Shown here one piece after another: positions 1 to 13,200 of a DNA stretch of 64,000 nt (positions are counted from its first letter, which is position 1; every line of letters starts with the position of its first letter). The translations under genes and the position numbers were made by a program. Below the pieces are notes generated by a model. It saw only the letters and a list, made by a program, of their open reading frames with translations. It was not told the DNA's origin and ran no database searches. The stretch comes from Octopus bimaculoides (taxonomy: Eukaryota). Location of the stretch: the NCBI RefSeq assembly GCF_001194135.2, contig NC_068987.1, forward strand, positions 4,853,564-4,917,563, written 5' to 3'.

Positions 1-95
1 GGGTCGATAAATTAAGTACCAATTACGTACTGGAGTCGATCTAATCGACTGGCCCCATCCCCCAAAATTTCGACCCTTGTGCCTAGACTAGAAAA

Positions 96-174
<79 letters not shown>
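96..174. repeat. (ATT)n microsatellite (SINE tail)
   Basis: Direct reading. Confidence 0.95.
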
Positions 175-176
<2 letters not shown>

Positions 177-518
177 GCAGTAGCTGATATTTCATTCCTG
201 TAACCAAGACATTAACTTCAGAACGCGCGCGCAAGTGCACACATACGTATGCATACATACATTCATATCACATACACACACACAACCCCACTACATACCT
301 TGACTGTATTGTTTAGCGGAAGTGACTCAATATTTCTGTCAGTCTCTTCTTTTAACAAGATTTATTTATATTTTATTTTTATTTTTCATTTTTTCGTTTT
401 CTTTATGTGTATACATACACACACACACACACACANNNNNNNNNNNNNNNNNNNNNNNNNNNNNNNNNNNNNNNNNNNNNNNNNNNNNNNNNNNNNNNNN
501 NNNNNNNNNNNNNNNNNN

Positions 519-559
<41 letters not shown>

Positions 560-920
560 ATATATATTCTGGAATGTGTTTTATACGTAAAAAGTTTGGG
601 AAGAAAAATATGCGTTTTGTTTGTGTATTAAATAAAAAAATAAAAAGTAACCATATCTGTAGCTCTTTCTTTCTTTTTTTCTTTTTCTTTTTCTTTTGTC
701 AATCTCCTGCAAATAAAACTGCGTGAGGAAGAGAGAAAGGGTCAGGCGTATCTGAGAAAATGAGGAAAAGTGTATGAAAAAAATTACAGGGAGAGAGTAA
801 AGAAAAAAATTAGGAGAAAGAGAGAGAGAGAGACTGTACGAGAGAGGTGCATATGTTTGAGAGAGGGGGAGGGAGTTAACAATAGAGAGAAACAATGAGA
901 ATGTCAAGGGGAAAAAGGAA

Positions 921-971
921 TTAGATAGATAGATAGATAGATAGAGAGAGGGGGGTAGATAGATAGGTAGG

Positions 972-1018
<47 letters not shown>

Positions 1019-1167
1019 GCAGGCAGGCAGGCAGGCAGACAGGCAGGCAGACGGACAGGCAGGCAGACGGACAGGCAGGCAGACGGACAGGCAGGCAGAC
1101 GGACAGGCAGGCAGACGGACAGGCAGGCAGGCGGACGGACGGACAGATAGATAGATAGATAGATAGA
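921..1167. repeat. Compound tetranucleotide microsatellite (AGAT)n/(AGGC)n/(ACGG) mosaics
   Basis: Direct reading; explains ORF 921-1229. Confidence 0.95.
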
Positions 1168-2955
1168 GGAAGAAACAGGATAAGAGATGAAGAATGCGGT
1201 TGAGAGAGACGAAATATAATTGAAAGCAAGACGAAAAAAGTACTATTTTAAGAGTAAATCTAATTTATCGAATTACTGTATAATCATTTAATTGAATAAA
1301 TGCCAGAAGATTGTTATTCTGACGTTATTACTAATTACAACGCGAAGAATTATTTCAAGAAAGAAGAAGGACTATAATGGCTCTGCTTGGATTCAGATTA
1401 TTGCAGTCTGTTATACAGTTATGACGTTTGAAGGGTAGCTTCCGCATATGAAACCATGAAGAAATCAATTATGGGAGTTTTAAACTGGTTTTACTTTGGG
1501 GTTTCGGGTTTGGTCACGTTTTTAGTGTGTAACGAATGCAGAAAACTTCTGTGGGGGTGTATTGTTATTTCGCTAAGATCAGAAACGTTTGCTGAATCGT
1601 CCCCCAAGTGAACGAAGCTGGAGGAATTCAATACTTTGGATTGTTTGCCCCTAAAATAATTCGTTTTCAAACTCTTACGAAAGCAACATCATCTCTTTCT
1701 TAATAAAGTTCACATTCACTGTTATCAAGTCACACACGCGCGCACACACATACACATGCACGCACACGCTCACGCATACATACATACGTGTGTGTGTAAT
1801 ACACAAACAAACGGGAATAGACACAGTTGGTGGCCAGAGGGTGCCCTCGTGCTGCGAGGTTCTACTGTATATATTTGCTTTGCGTATTGTCCTTGCCTTC
1901 GAAACGCCGAGTAGGTGGAACAGGGACAACTGACGAAGGGATATACTCTTTATGTTGCATGTCTCGTTTCTGTTTGTTTGTTTGTTTTTCGTTGTTCGAC
2001 AAAAAGTTCGTTTTCTATATTTTCGTTTCTTATTGTGTTTAACGGTTTTTTGATGTCCTGTACCCATATATGCATGTATATATACACGTATATGTAGGTA
2101 TGTACATATATATATATGTATATATGCATATATTTATATATATACGACAGGTTTCTTTCAGTATCTACTAAATCCACCCACAAGGCTTTAGTCGACCCGA
2201 GGTAATAGTAGAAGACACTTGCCCAAGGTGTCATGTAGTGAGACTGAGCCCAACGTGACTCAACCCGGAACCATGAGATAGGGAAGCGGACTTCTTACCA
2301 CATGGCCACGCCAGCAGCGCATATGATTCTTAATTCGATACATTGTTAAACACATGAAACTAAACCGTTCAAAGGACGTATATGTCCTCATGGTATATGC
2401 AAGTGTATGTCGCAAGTGCATATGCAACGGCACACTCAAGTGTGCACATACGCACATACGTGTGCGTGTGTGAACGTACGTGCGCTCGTTCGCACCCGTA
2501 CGCGAGTTCACAGACAGAAACACCCTTATGCGCAAACACAAAGTCCCACATGAATAGAGATACGGGTATTCTTGGCAATTGCATAACGTATCTCAGCAGC
2601 TGAAATATCTTTCGGCTCACCTGTCACTCGTATCCTACTTAGTTGGGGTGCAATAAAACAAAAGCGAATACAACAATCACATTCAAACGAATGACTCAAA
2701 ACGTTTAGCTTCTTCGCCTAAGACTCTCTCTGAGACGCCATTCTAATTCCAATCTGCTTGGCTTCTATTTTAGTCTCTGTGGTTTCGATTACAGCACAGC
2801 AGCCGTGAACGCACGAACTTCTAGAAACGGCAAACGTATCTCCTTCAAATCACACCCTACTGTCTTAAATAAGGAAAGGAAACAACAGATACACATGATG
2901 GAACCCTAAATTAAGGATCCCCAAACATTTTTCATTCCTTTTTGTCTCAGCCCTT

Positions 2956-3014
<59 letters not shown>

Positions 3015-3254
3015 NNNNNNNNNNNNNNNNNNNNNNNNNNNNNNNNNNNNCCCTGTTAAGCGCAGGCATGGTTGTGCGGTTAAGAAGCTCACTTGCAACC
3101 GCTTAGTCTCGGTTTCAGTCTCACTGCGCAGCGCCTTGCACGAGTGTTATCAACTCTAGCCTTGGGCGACCAAAGCCTTATGAGTGTATGTGGCAGAGGA
3201 AAACTGAAAGAAGCCCGTCTAATATGTTAATTCTATCGTTCTTTTATTTGATTT

Positions 3255-5170
3255 GATTATTTCTAGCACACCCGTCGACCCCACTGCGTAACTGCTACTT
3301 AATTAATCGACCACGAAAGGATGAAAGGCAAAGTCGACCTCGGCGGAATTTGAACTCAGAACGTAACGGCAGACGAAATACCGCTAAGTATTTCGCCCGG
3401 CGTGCTAACGATTCTGCCAGCTCACCACCCACCAGCTCTTCCAGTTTTGCGTTGAGTTCAAATGCTATCGGGGTCGATTTTGCTTTTCACCTTTTTGGGG
3501 TCGATAAAACAAGTATCACTTGAGCTCTGGGGGTTGATGTAATCGACTTTCCTCTCCGCTCAAAATTGCTGGTTTTATGCCAAAAATTAAAAGGAGTTGT
3601 TCTTTACTTAATTCAGGAACGCCTGTTGCGAAAACATGAATGTTAATCATTATAGTTTCTTTTCTTTAAGGGAAATGAATATAATGGTTCAGCCTGGGAT
3701 GGAATCGAAATCTTGGACTTTATTTGCCTCGTGGTTTTTACTTCAACGTCTCTCGTCCCTGCTTGTCGCGTGGCTTCTATTTCAATGCTACTCGTCCCTC
3801 ACGTGAATAATTAAATAAGATATTTTCGTCTCCGAGAATTAAAACTCTCGACTAATAACTCTCCAGATTTCCAATCAGATTAAAACTCCTGATCTTCTTA
3901 ATCTTCGGTATCCATGGTTATTACTCCTTTACTTTCAATGTGACTCTGTAATGGAAAATTATGAGCAATTCAGTTTAGACCAACGTGGAATGTATTAAAA
4001 GAGCCAGCATTACGTGGAACCTGTCATCATAGAAAACTGCTAATCGGATTAATAAGGAAAATAATAATAATATTAGTTATTGTTTTACCCTCAGCGCATA
4101 ATTTTCTTTTTTCGGTTAATCTTTTTTGATGTTCTCTTCATTGGAGATAAGGAGACAAACTGGAAAGAGTCGACGTAATGCTTAGAAGTATTTCTTTTGG
4201 ATTTCCGCTTTGAGTTCAGATTCCGTCGAGGTCGACTTCGCCCTTCCATTCTTTTGGGGATCGATGAAATAAGCAGCAGAGGAGCACTGGGGTCGATGTA
4301 ATCGACTATACTCTTCCTCCAAAATTTCTGGGCTTATACCTAGAGTAGAAAGGATTAAAGGTCGCGAACTGGCAGAATCGTTGGCACGTCGGACAAAATA
4401 CTTAGCGGCATTTCCTCCGGTTCTTTACGTTTTGTGTTCGAATTCTGCTGGAGTCAACTTTCATTCCTTCAGGGTCGATGAAATAGGGTCCTAGTCAAGT
4501 CCTTGAGTCGACGAAATCGACTTGTCCCCTCCCCTCAAAATTACTGACTTTGAACCCTGCAACGGAACGGCGCCTTATTCAAGAGAATTGTGTGATAAAC
4601 TGTTTTAATATTGGCTTCAAATTTTGGCACAAAGCCAGCAATTTCGGGGGACGAGGTAAGTCGATTACATCGACCCCAGTGCGCAACTGGTACTCATTTT
4701 ATCGATCCCGAAAGGATGAAAAGTAAAGTCGTCCCCGGTGGCGTTTAAATTGTTATAATATTATTGAAATAACAAGGCGGCGAGGAGCTGGCAGAATCGT
4801 TGGCACGCCAGGAGGGCGAAATGCTTAGCGGGTATTTCGTCTGTCTTTATGCTCTGAGTTCAAATTCCGCCGGAGGCAAAGTCGATCTCGGTGGAATTTG
4901 GACTCAGAACGTAGCGGCAGACGAAACACCGCTAAGCATTTCGTAAAAAAGAATATAATAAAATAAATGAAGGGCGGCGGGCTGGCATACCCGTTAACAT
5001 GCCGGGCAAAGTGACATTTCGTCCGTCTTGACGTTCAAAGTTTAAATTCCTCCGAGGTCAACTTTGCCTGTCATCTTTTCGAGGTCGATAAAATAAGTAC
5101 AACTGGGATCGATGATATCGACTTAGCCCCTCCCCCGTAATCGCTGGCCTTGTGCCAAAATTTGAAACCA
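3255..5170. mobile_element. Cluster of about 7-8 tRNA-derived SINE (family A) copies in both orientations
   Basis: Head GGCGGCGAGCTGGCAGAATCGTTAGCAC..GAGTTCAAATTCCGCC (A/B boxes), body GTCGACTTTGCCTTTCATCC..GGGGTCGAT. Other copies at about 1-95(+), 11090-11235(+), 14170-14340(-), 21040-21157(-), 24083-24275(-), 42090-42505(+, two), 49400-49815(-, two), 58577-58775(-), 61988-62110(+). Confidence 0.85.
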
Positions 5171-6414
5171 ACATTATTAAATAAATTGTTATACAACAAA
5201 TTGTGTTGTGTGAAAAAATAGGATTGTGGATTCCTGAAGGAATGGAAATACATCAAAAAGGTTGAGAGACACTGTTCTAAGACGATGGGATTTGAACTGT
5301 GAATAGAGCTGATGTGTCCAAATATTTCAGTTGTTGTTTTTGATAGCTATTAAAGTCAGTGGAATTGGAGATTAAATCTATCCCGGTGTCCAAAGCTAAC
5401 CAGGTACGGACATGCTGAGAACATGGACGTTGTACTAATAATGGGTTTTTTTAATCTAAGGGAAATAATTCTTATGCCACTAAGAGTTAATTCCCTTGTG
5501 TAGGTGGTAAGATCTTTGAAAGAAAATACATGAAAATGCAGGAAATAATATTACAAACAATTTATAGTTTAATACTAATTAAGTTGTTTCTGTCGTACTT
5601 CAACCATCTTTAAGTTGCATTTGTTTTTCGGCGCCTCTGTTGTTCACTGCTCTTTCAGTAGAGATGTGTTATTCGGTTATTTAACTTTGAACCATGGAGC
5701 AATTCCTGAGGCCATACATCTTTAACCCATCATTGAAATTGAGCATCTCATTATTTATCATCGTGCATCGGGATTTCACAAATTTTTGCAAATCCACCAT
5801 TCATTATTTCAGGGTCCAAAGAATGGACTGGGCTCCCATCTAAAAGGCTCAGTACTGCTTCTTCTTTTCTTTTCTTTTTTAAGTGTACAATGAATATGAT
5901 ATTGCTTAGAGTCGCTATTCACTTTATGTCATTCAGGGACCCGCTGACTGTAATGAAGTCCTCATCGAACTAGTTTACATGTTTTGGTGTATCTCGGGAG
6001 GGTCATTATTCCCATAATGGACACACACACACACTAGTTCTATTTCACCAAGATTATTGAACACGGAACCATGAGGTTGCGGTGCAAACTTCTCCCCACC
6101 CCCACCCCACCCACTTCACTTCATTATCTGCAAGGACAGAAATTTATTAAGAAGTAAATATATTGAAAAAATATTAATTACTTTATTTGATGGTAAAAAG
6201 ACTCGCTTTTCTTTCTTAAAAAAGTCCCAAAATATCACCCAAGGTCTCTATACGAATTTGGGCCTGCCACATACTTTAATGCACAAAAAACTTCTTTTCC
6301 TGAATATACACTGCTGAAACTAGGGTACGCCTAATATTCCCGTGGGTCTTTTATGCTATCAAACACAGTATTAATGAAATAGCAATTAAATTCTTTGGGT
6401 GTTTCTTCGACGAG

Positions 6415-6500
6415 ATCACACGTTTCGTCTCGCCGAGTTAAAATTTACAAACAACCTAAGTTGTATATCCACGTGACCTATGATGGCGGCGAATTTAAGT
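6415..6500 (+). promoter_or_regulatory. Probable FANCE core promoter / 5' UTR
   Basis: Locally CpG-rich; E-box CACGTGAC at about 6470-6477; YY1-like ATGGCGGC at 6483-6490 just upstream of the CDS. Confidence 0.5.
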
Positions 6501-6570
6501 TATGTTGGCGAAAGTTGACAACGATTTCTTACATTCCTGTCAAGCTGACCACAACGGAGTTCGGAGGTGC

Positions 6571-6782
6571 ATGACAGCACAATGTAGTGCTGTAAAGAAA
6601 CTTCCCAGTGCTTGGTGGGGACTTTTTGTTACTTTTCAAAATGAAACAAAGCCACATGTTGCAGCTGAATTCTGGTGGCGCAATAGTTTTATGTCGAAAT
6701 ATGCAGAAACACCAGAATGGGAAACTTTGTTGAAGTCTCTGATTTCTCTGGAACCTCGACTAATTGATGAGAATTTAATCTT
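6571..6782 (+). CDS. FANCE: FANCE exon 1 (MTAQCSAVKKLPSAWWGL...LEPRLIDENLI)
   Basis: Inside ORF 6502-6912. Donor TT|GTACGA (phase 2) fits exon 2. The start could be 6502 or 6571. Confidence 0.75.
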
Positions 6783-7783
6783 GTACGATATGTTCTTTAC
6801 GTTCTTACCTTCACACTTTTCTTTGCATTGTCGTATTGTTGTGTACTGGAGTTTATCCCAGTTTTTTTATACTTTTAATGACCAAAAAAAAACACTTTGT
6901 CTAAAATACTAAAAAATGATTTGACAGCTTACTGTCTGCTGGTAACAAACTCCGAAATTGAGTTTGGAGAAAGGAGAGAGCAAAACGGAACATTATTTCG
7001 CTACTTGTTGTCCATAAGTAAACATAAAGAAGGGGTTACAAAAAAAAAACTTAACTGATAATATACAAAAGGCATTACTGCAGGTGTGTGCCCTACCCCC
7101 GCCGACTTAGTTTCTTCCTAACTTTTTGAAAAATAGATACTTTTAATAAAATTTTTGACAAATACACTTCAGATGCCGTAAACTACGAATTATACCTGAA
7201 TTTGATGTGAACAAAAAAAAATTGTTGGGAGCGGATAATTCACACGCTTCATCAGAATGTATGAGGAAACAAAGTCAAGGTGTGGATTATCCGACCCATT
7301 CTCATTTTTTTCTTCTCCATATCAGATTCCAACATAAACGTAATCTACAGCATCTGAAACGTATTTGTAAAAAAAAAAATTATTAAAAAATATCCNNNNN
7401 NNNNNNNNNNNNNNNNNNNNNNNNNNNNNNNNNNNNNNNNNNNNNNNNNNNNNNNNNNNNNNNNNNNNNNNNNNNNNNNNNNNNNNNNNNNNNNNNNNNN
7501 NNNNNNNNNNNNNNNNNNNNNNNNNNNNNNNNNNNNNNNNNNNNNNNNNNNNNNNNNNNNNNNNNNNNNNNNNNNNNNNNNNNNNCTAACAAATTCTGAT
7601 ATAACCTTAAATCTACACCATCTAAAGTGTATCTCTGGGAAATTTTCCTAAAAGACATCCGTTTTTCAGAGTTATAAACAAAGTCAAAGGGGTAAGCTGC
7701 ATGCATATGTAGGGATGCCACAGAATATTTTTGAAGATCGTTTTTACAATTCATTTTAAATACCTCTCGTCTAATATAATAGT

Positions 7784-7834
<51 letters not shown>

Positions 7835-10199
7835 TACACTCACACCTCTACTTTCCTTTATCACCAATAACGTTTTATCATTAGTTTGTCTGCTAAGTAA
7901 GAGGTTAGCCCTCATGATTCTGTCAATAATTCCATCCATCTGCTTTATATCTACTTTACTCATTGAAACATCTCCATCACATGCCCTGCCATTAGAAATA
8001 CCCCCATGTAGCGACCAAACTCTCAGTAATAACAAAGTAAATCATCAGCTTTGAACAAATGAACTCTATTACATATATTCAATGCTTTGTCCATCCAAGC
8101 AAGTGTGTGTGCATGGCCAGAATTTGATAGCGATAACAAGTCTATATTTCTCCTCTCGTTTTTAAATCACTTTGTCTCTTTGTCTCCCCCCACACACACA
8201 CACACACACACACACTTTTCGTAACCTTTATGTGTAATGTCTTTATTGTATGTATGAAAAAGCCCTAATGTCCTTGTAACAAATACAAGAAAGCCTTATT
8301 TGTTTCCTCATTTGTTTTGTTTTCTTCAGTTGCCCCACCTTCTTTCTCCTGACAGAATATTTCCAAAAATGTTTGCTATCATTTTTGAATCAACATTTGG
8401 CTGAACTTCCTGAGCAGTCTACACAAGAATTCCTGGCTACCATTCAACAAAATATCCAATATGCCCCCAACAACAGGATCCAGTCTCTTTTCAACCATTT
8501 TCAGTACAATTGTAGATTAACTTGGAACCAAACTTTTCTTCCAAATAACCATTTTCCCCATGTCATCTCCAAACAAAACCAAGAGATACTAAACGACATA
8601 TTGAAGTCAGCAGCGTCAACACACCAATACAGTCCTTTCTTACCTTCATTTGTTAGAGAGCGGCAGCTACAAATTCCTGGTAAGTCACCAAGTCTTATTA
8701 GCTTGTTGTTTATTTTTATTTCATTTCCTTTAATCATTCATTTACTCTGTGTGTGTATGTATAGCAAAGACATTGCTGTGTGGTTGAGAAGTTTGCTTCC
8801 CAACTACATGGTTCTGAGTTCAGTCCCACTGTGCAGTAACTTGGCCAAGTGTCTTCTATAGCCCTGGACCAACCAAAGCTTGGTGAGTGGATTTTATGGA
8901 CAGAAATTGTAAGGAAACCTTCATGTGTCTGTATGTATGTGTGTGTGTATATATATATGTGTGTGTGTGTGTGTGTATGTATACTCTTTACTCTTTTACT
9001 TGTTCTAGTCATTTGACAGCGGCCATGCTGGAGCACTACCTTTAGTCGAGTGAATCAACCCCGGGACTTATTCTTTGTAAACCTAGTACTTATTCTATCG
9101 GTCTCTTTTGCCGAACCGCTAAGTGACAGGGACATAAACACACCAGCAACGGTTGTCAAGCAATTCTAGGGGGACAAACACAGACGCGCCATGCCAGCAT
9201 GGAAAATGGATGTTGAATGATGTATATGTTAGGCAAATTCATTTTAAATTGTTATGACTCTTCCATTTCTCTCTCTCTCTGAACCAGATGGAAACATTAC
9301 AAGTATAGATGATGTGATATCTCTTCAAGAGCAATGCAGTAATATAATAGTGCCAGAAAGTCCAGTCATTGGTAACCAACTTTACTTTTCTTCTGTTTTT
9401 CTTTAAATTATTTTGTGCTACTTGTAAGTTCCTCCGAGTCTTCTTGGAGGATTCTGCCTTGTCTTTTTCTGCTGTGAATGAGAATGTTGAAGTTTTTGAT
9501 TGCTTCACTTATCTTAGCAGTGAGACTCATGGTGACATTAGCTGCGAGTCTGGAGTCCTAAAAAGACTTGGACAAGCTAGTGCAGTTGTGGATTCATTGG
9601 ACAAGGGTATTTGGTGCTGCTGATATCTGAGCAGGAGGACAAAGGTTCGGATATTTAGATTTCTGGTCCTCCTTATCCTGCTTTATAGTTGTGAAACTTG
9701 GATACTGTCTGGGGCCCTTAGGAGCCATCTGAACTCCATTGTCTTGGATAAAAGCAAAAATGAAATAATAAGAGCTGAAAATCTTTAGCCATTAGTCTCG
9801 TCAATCAGGACTGATCTGCCTAAAAAGACCACTTATGATAAATGTTATTGATATGGTATGAGTTAATTTACCACTATTATTAATATCATCATCATCATCA
9901 TCATCATCATCAACAATATCTTCAATGGATAACAATCTATTTCAGTTATTCATTCTGACAGTAGTAGTGAAGAATCTATGGAAATGACAAATGAAGGAGC
10001 AATCGAACCCGAATCCAGTAAATCTACAAATATTCCAGTTCAAGAATCTAGCAAATCCCCATCACCAATGGAAGTTCCCAAACCACCATCACCAGTGGAA
10101 GTGCCTTCTGATAAATTACCACCAGAAATAGAAGTAAGTTTAGTTTAAAGGTTGTAGTGTTATTGTTAATAGAGAAGTCCAACATTTGTAAATGAGTTA

Positions 10200-10236
<37 letters not shown>

Positions 10237-13200
10237 CTGTTTATTGTATTATCATCTCCATTCTGCTGCCTCACACTGTAAGACCTCCCTTTACTCCTCC
10301 CACTCATTCTTCAACTCACTCTATATGTGCGACCCCCACCAAATTTCCCAACAAAATATATTAACCCCTTTTTCTACTTTTGCTAGATGAAGGCCAACCA
10401 GTTGAAGTATGTCTGGCAACATGGAGACAAACCCCAGAATGTGTTACCACCAGAATTGAACCTTTTTGTTGAATGTTCAGACCAACAGGTGAGCGAGTAT
10501 TCAGCAATGTTGTTGCTGTTGTTATTGTAATTTCACTCGAGGTTAATCCTGATCAAGCAGACACCTCTCATCAAGGGCATTTCAACAGGGACCGTACCAT
10601 TTTCAACAGGGACCGTACCATTTTCAACAGGGACCGTACCATTTTCTATTTCAGACACAGTGTATCTAGGGATTATAAATATCATACACATACTTTCTTT
10701 TTTATTTTCTATTTATAAAGTGTGATCTGAAAGGGATTTGGCTGCTATTTCTAGTAGGTCGATTCTTCACTGATTCAATTGTTGGTTGGTGATATAAGAG
10801 TTTATAAGAGACAAATGTAAACATTATTTTATAGCATGTCTGATGTTTTATTTGGCAGATAATAGATAATGTTTTACCATTCTTCATCACATAAATGAGG
10901 TCTACAAGCCATTGATTTGTACATCACCATTTAATGTCCCTTTCTCCATATTGGCATGCATTGGATGGTTTGACAGGACCCAGTAGGTCCAAGGACTTCA
11001 TTGTTGTTTTGATGTTATTACTAAACCTCATTATCCAGAGATGGATTACTGATTACTTCAAGTCAAAACAATAGATTATCTTAAAGCAGCAAGCTGGCAG
11101 AATCATTAGCATATCGGACAAAAATGCTGAGTAGCCTTTCATCATCCTGGGGTCAATAAAATAAATTAGCAGTCAAGCAGTGAGATCAATGTAATTGACC
11201 TAAGCCTGCCTCTCAAAATTGTTGGTCTCAAACCCTGCAACAGCCCAGCATCCTGTTCAGGGGAGGATGTTGTGATCTTAGTCCCTTATACACCATGGAA
11301 ACTGAATAACCTGCCTTATGAGACCCAGGGCTCAAAAAAAAGGGGGGGGGGGCTAGGTTACAATGGTGAATAGAGTAAAAACATTTGTTTTCTGTTTAAT
11401 TTTTCTTCTGTATTTCTTTGTTTAGGTTCACCAAATCTGCCACATGTTAGATGTTGAGTCCCTGTCAGAATCCTCTTTTGCTATGATATGCAAACATTTT
11501 GCTGAAGTCGGCAATCAAATCAGTTATGCCAACAGTCTGGTCTTGGCCAAAGATTGTATTCTTCCTCGGGTAAGTAGTTGCCATTTGTAATCTTTTGCAA
11601 GAAAGATAAATGATTGACTGATGTATAAGTTTTAAAAACAACAACTTACACACACACATGTAAACAATTGTACATACATTTATATATACATCAAATTAAT
11701 AAGCATTATCATAAACGGTCATGTTGCTGTATAGCCTCAGGTCAGCTCTGTTGACCAAATGACCAGGTACAACCCACAGACCCATTGTTTCAGATATACC
11801 ATTCCTTCATTCAGTGGTTTATTGCATAAAGAGTACAGGATGCAATGATTAAATAGATTGAACCACTGCCCAGTCTAAAGCTGGATATTCTGTCAGTGAC
11901 GACAGTGGAGGCAGACAAGGTGGACTTAGTCATAGCGCAACAGTTGCTGTTCTCTATTTATCACTGGTAGTGAGTATCCCAGCAGAGTTTTATGGCTAAT
12001 AAGGCCATTGATTCCATTCTTTTTCTGTTTGTCTTTTTTGATTTCTCTTTCTTTGGACTGAATGGGAAAGATAGTGGCTTTAAGATATTATGAGACGTGT
12101 GTCCGTATGTATTAACTGATCAAGATTGGAAGAACAAAGTGTGAGCTGAAAGATCCATTCTTCATATCCTGTCACGTTGCACTGGGTTTGTGTGTAACCA
12201 AAACATTTCATTCTTGCAGACTCAGCTGTAAATATTACCATTAATGTCAGGAACTTTTTATCTGAAAGTTGCCTTCATTATATTCTATAAAGTCTTCAGT
12301 TTAGTTCCAGGCAGCTGAGTATGTTACGGGACACCGTATTCTTTACTTGTCCAAAATAGGTGGAAGTAGTTCTCAGCATAAATACTTTATTTGATGACAT
12401 ACAAGATGCATTTTTTTCCCCAAAAATGCCTCAAAAACTTACCCTGGACCCTATTTGTAAAACTCCTTTCAATGCACCAAAGCTACAAATGAAACTAACG
12501 GGGTATTTATATTGTTTTCATTATTTATTTATTCATTTTGCCTTTGTAGTTTGTGGTGCAGTCCAAGCAAAATTCCAGGCTCTTAGTCTCTGCAATTGTT
12601 ACCTTCAGTCAACAATTCCCAAAGCCATTTGTGGATGGAGTCTTAATTCCCTGTGCAAAGAACAAAAAAATTGGTAAGTTTGCTTTTTCTTTCTGTAGAG
12701 CTAAGAAGCTCACTTGGCAACCACATGGTTTGGGGTTCCATCCTGCTGTGCAGGAAATGTGTCCTTATATTTTCAATGTCCTTATATTTTCAAACAGCTG
12801 AGCTCCTCAGTTTAAAAATATAAGGACACAGATATTGTGTCGTATAACCAGCTGGAAACGTTTCCTGGGGCTAAACAACAGTAACATTCGTCCTATCCAG
12901 GACAGCCACATTGTTGGCAAATAGTCTTTACTTTAAAGAACTGCTACTGAATTTAGAAATAATGTTTCTATGTATTTTATTTTTGTGGTGCACCTAGCCA
13001 CATCTCATCACACACAGACATACTGCAGTAAATGTACCTTCTGAAAATCATTTACGAAACCTTGCAGTTCATTGCAAACTCCTTCTGTCCTTAATTTTCA
13101 GATTTACCTCAAGCCAAGCTGTTAACCATTGTCAATAAGGATGCCTTTACTTCTAATACCAGACTCTACCTCCTGGAGTAAGTTTTACCAAATTAGTGTT

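Noticed and set aside
249-1229. Several ORFs at the window start
   Set aside because: Microsatellite- and gap-derived low-complexity translations.
10579-10645. CRISPR-like repeat
   Set aside because: Head-to-tail 21-bp minisatellite with no spacers, in a eukaryotic intron.
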